A DNA stretch of 64,000 bases from Lingula anatina (lineage: Eukaryota > Animalia > Brachiopoda). Positions within the stretch are counted from its first letter, which is position 1. Every line of letters begins with the position of its first letter. Below are positions 63,506-64,000 of this stretch, piece by piece. A program made the position numbers and the translations under genes. The stretch spans positions 18,538,001 to 18,602,000 of the forward strand of contig CM120640.1 of the NCBI GenBank assembly GCA_051362555.1. Reading direction: 5' to 3'. The notes beneath the pieces are model-generated. The model had not been told where the DNA came from. It saw only the letters and a list, made by a program, of their open reading frames with translations, and ran no database searches.

Positions 63506-64000
63506 ATGAATCAAACAAATGGACCAATGGAGAAATTTTCACATTTCCCAACTCCTGATATTTCTCATCTAAATGCCAATGACTATGACCACATCTATGA
63601 GCCAGCCGAGGACACATTTCTACTTATGGATGCACTGGAGAAAGACATAGAAATCATAACAATGCTAAACCCAAGTGTATCTTTAGAAGTTGGATGTGGC
63701 TCTGGTATTGTCAGTACTTTCCTGGCACAGATACTGAAAATGAAAGTGTTTCATGTCTGTAGTGATGTGAATCCCAAGGCCACTGCTGTGACACTAAGAA
63801 CTGCTAGACAAAACAATGTTGATTTGAACCCTGTCCTGACAGATCTAGCTTCAGCATTACTGTACAGATTTCAGGGCAATGTTGACATATTAATTTTCAA
63901 CCCACCATATGTGGTAACACCACCAGAAGAGGTGGGAAGTTCTGGAATTGAAGCATCATGGGCAGGGGGAGAGAGGGGACGGGAAGTGATGGACAGATTT
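63506..64000 (+). CDS. N6AMT1: Methyltransferase N6AMT1/HEMK2 (eRF1 glutamine methyltransferase), intronless so far and 3'-partial; alternative start at 63527
   Basis: FPTPDISHL...IYEPAEDTFLLMDALE, motif I LEVGCGSG, DVNP.A, motif IV ILIFNPPYVVTP.EEV..SGIEASWAGG.RGREVMDRF; missing from the ORF track because there is no stop before the window end. Confidence 0.93.
   Translation, partial: MNQTNGPMEKFSHFPTPDISHLNANDYDHIYEPAEDTFLLMDALEKDIEIITMLNPSVSLEVGCGSGIVSTFLAQILKMKVFHVCSDVNPKATAVTLRTARQNNVDLNPVLTDLASALLYRFQGNVDILIFNPPYVVTPPEEVGSSGIEASWAGGERGREVMDRF

Overview
AT-rich, intron-rich genomic DNA from an invertebrate animal, probably a spiralian such as a mollusc; the taxon is inferred from gene structure and repeat types only. 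Genes in order: last exon of NUDT12 (+), FBXW2 (-), a ZFP64-like C2H2 zinc-finger gene (+), RASA1/p120-RasGAP (-, 24 coding exons read by hand), ELP1/IKBKAP (-), the first coding exon of an LRRC28-like gene (+) and an intronless N6AMT1/HEMK2 ORF (+) just downstream of that exon, running off the window. The main structural oddity is the ~15.9 kb RASA1 intron 8. It is almost filled by a Helentron-associated (HINE/DINE-1-like) composite element with ~160-bp internal satellite arrays, present as three head-to-tail units. Unit 1 keeps the empty site; units 2 and 3 carry the same 5'-truncated CR1-group LINE with an open 752-aa RT ORF. Diagnostic SNPs make unit 2 a chimera of units 3 and 1. Several MITEs, possible SINE remnants and microsatellites are also present. 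All homology calls come from recognising motifs by eye; no searches were run.
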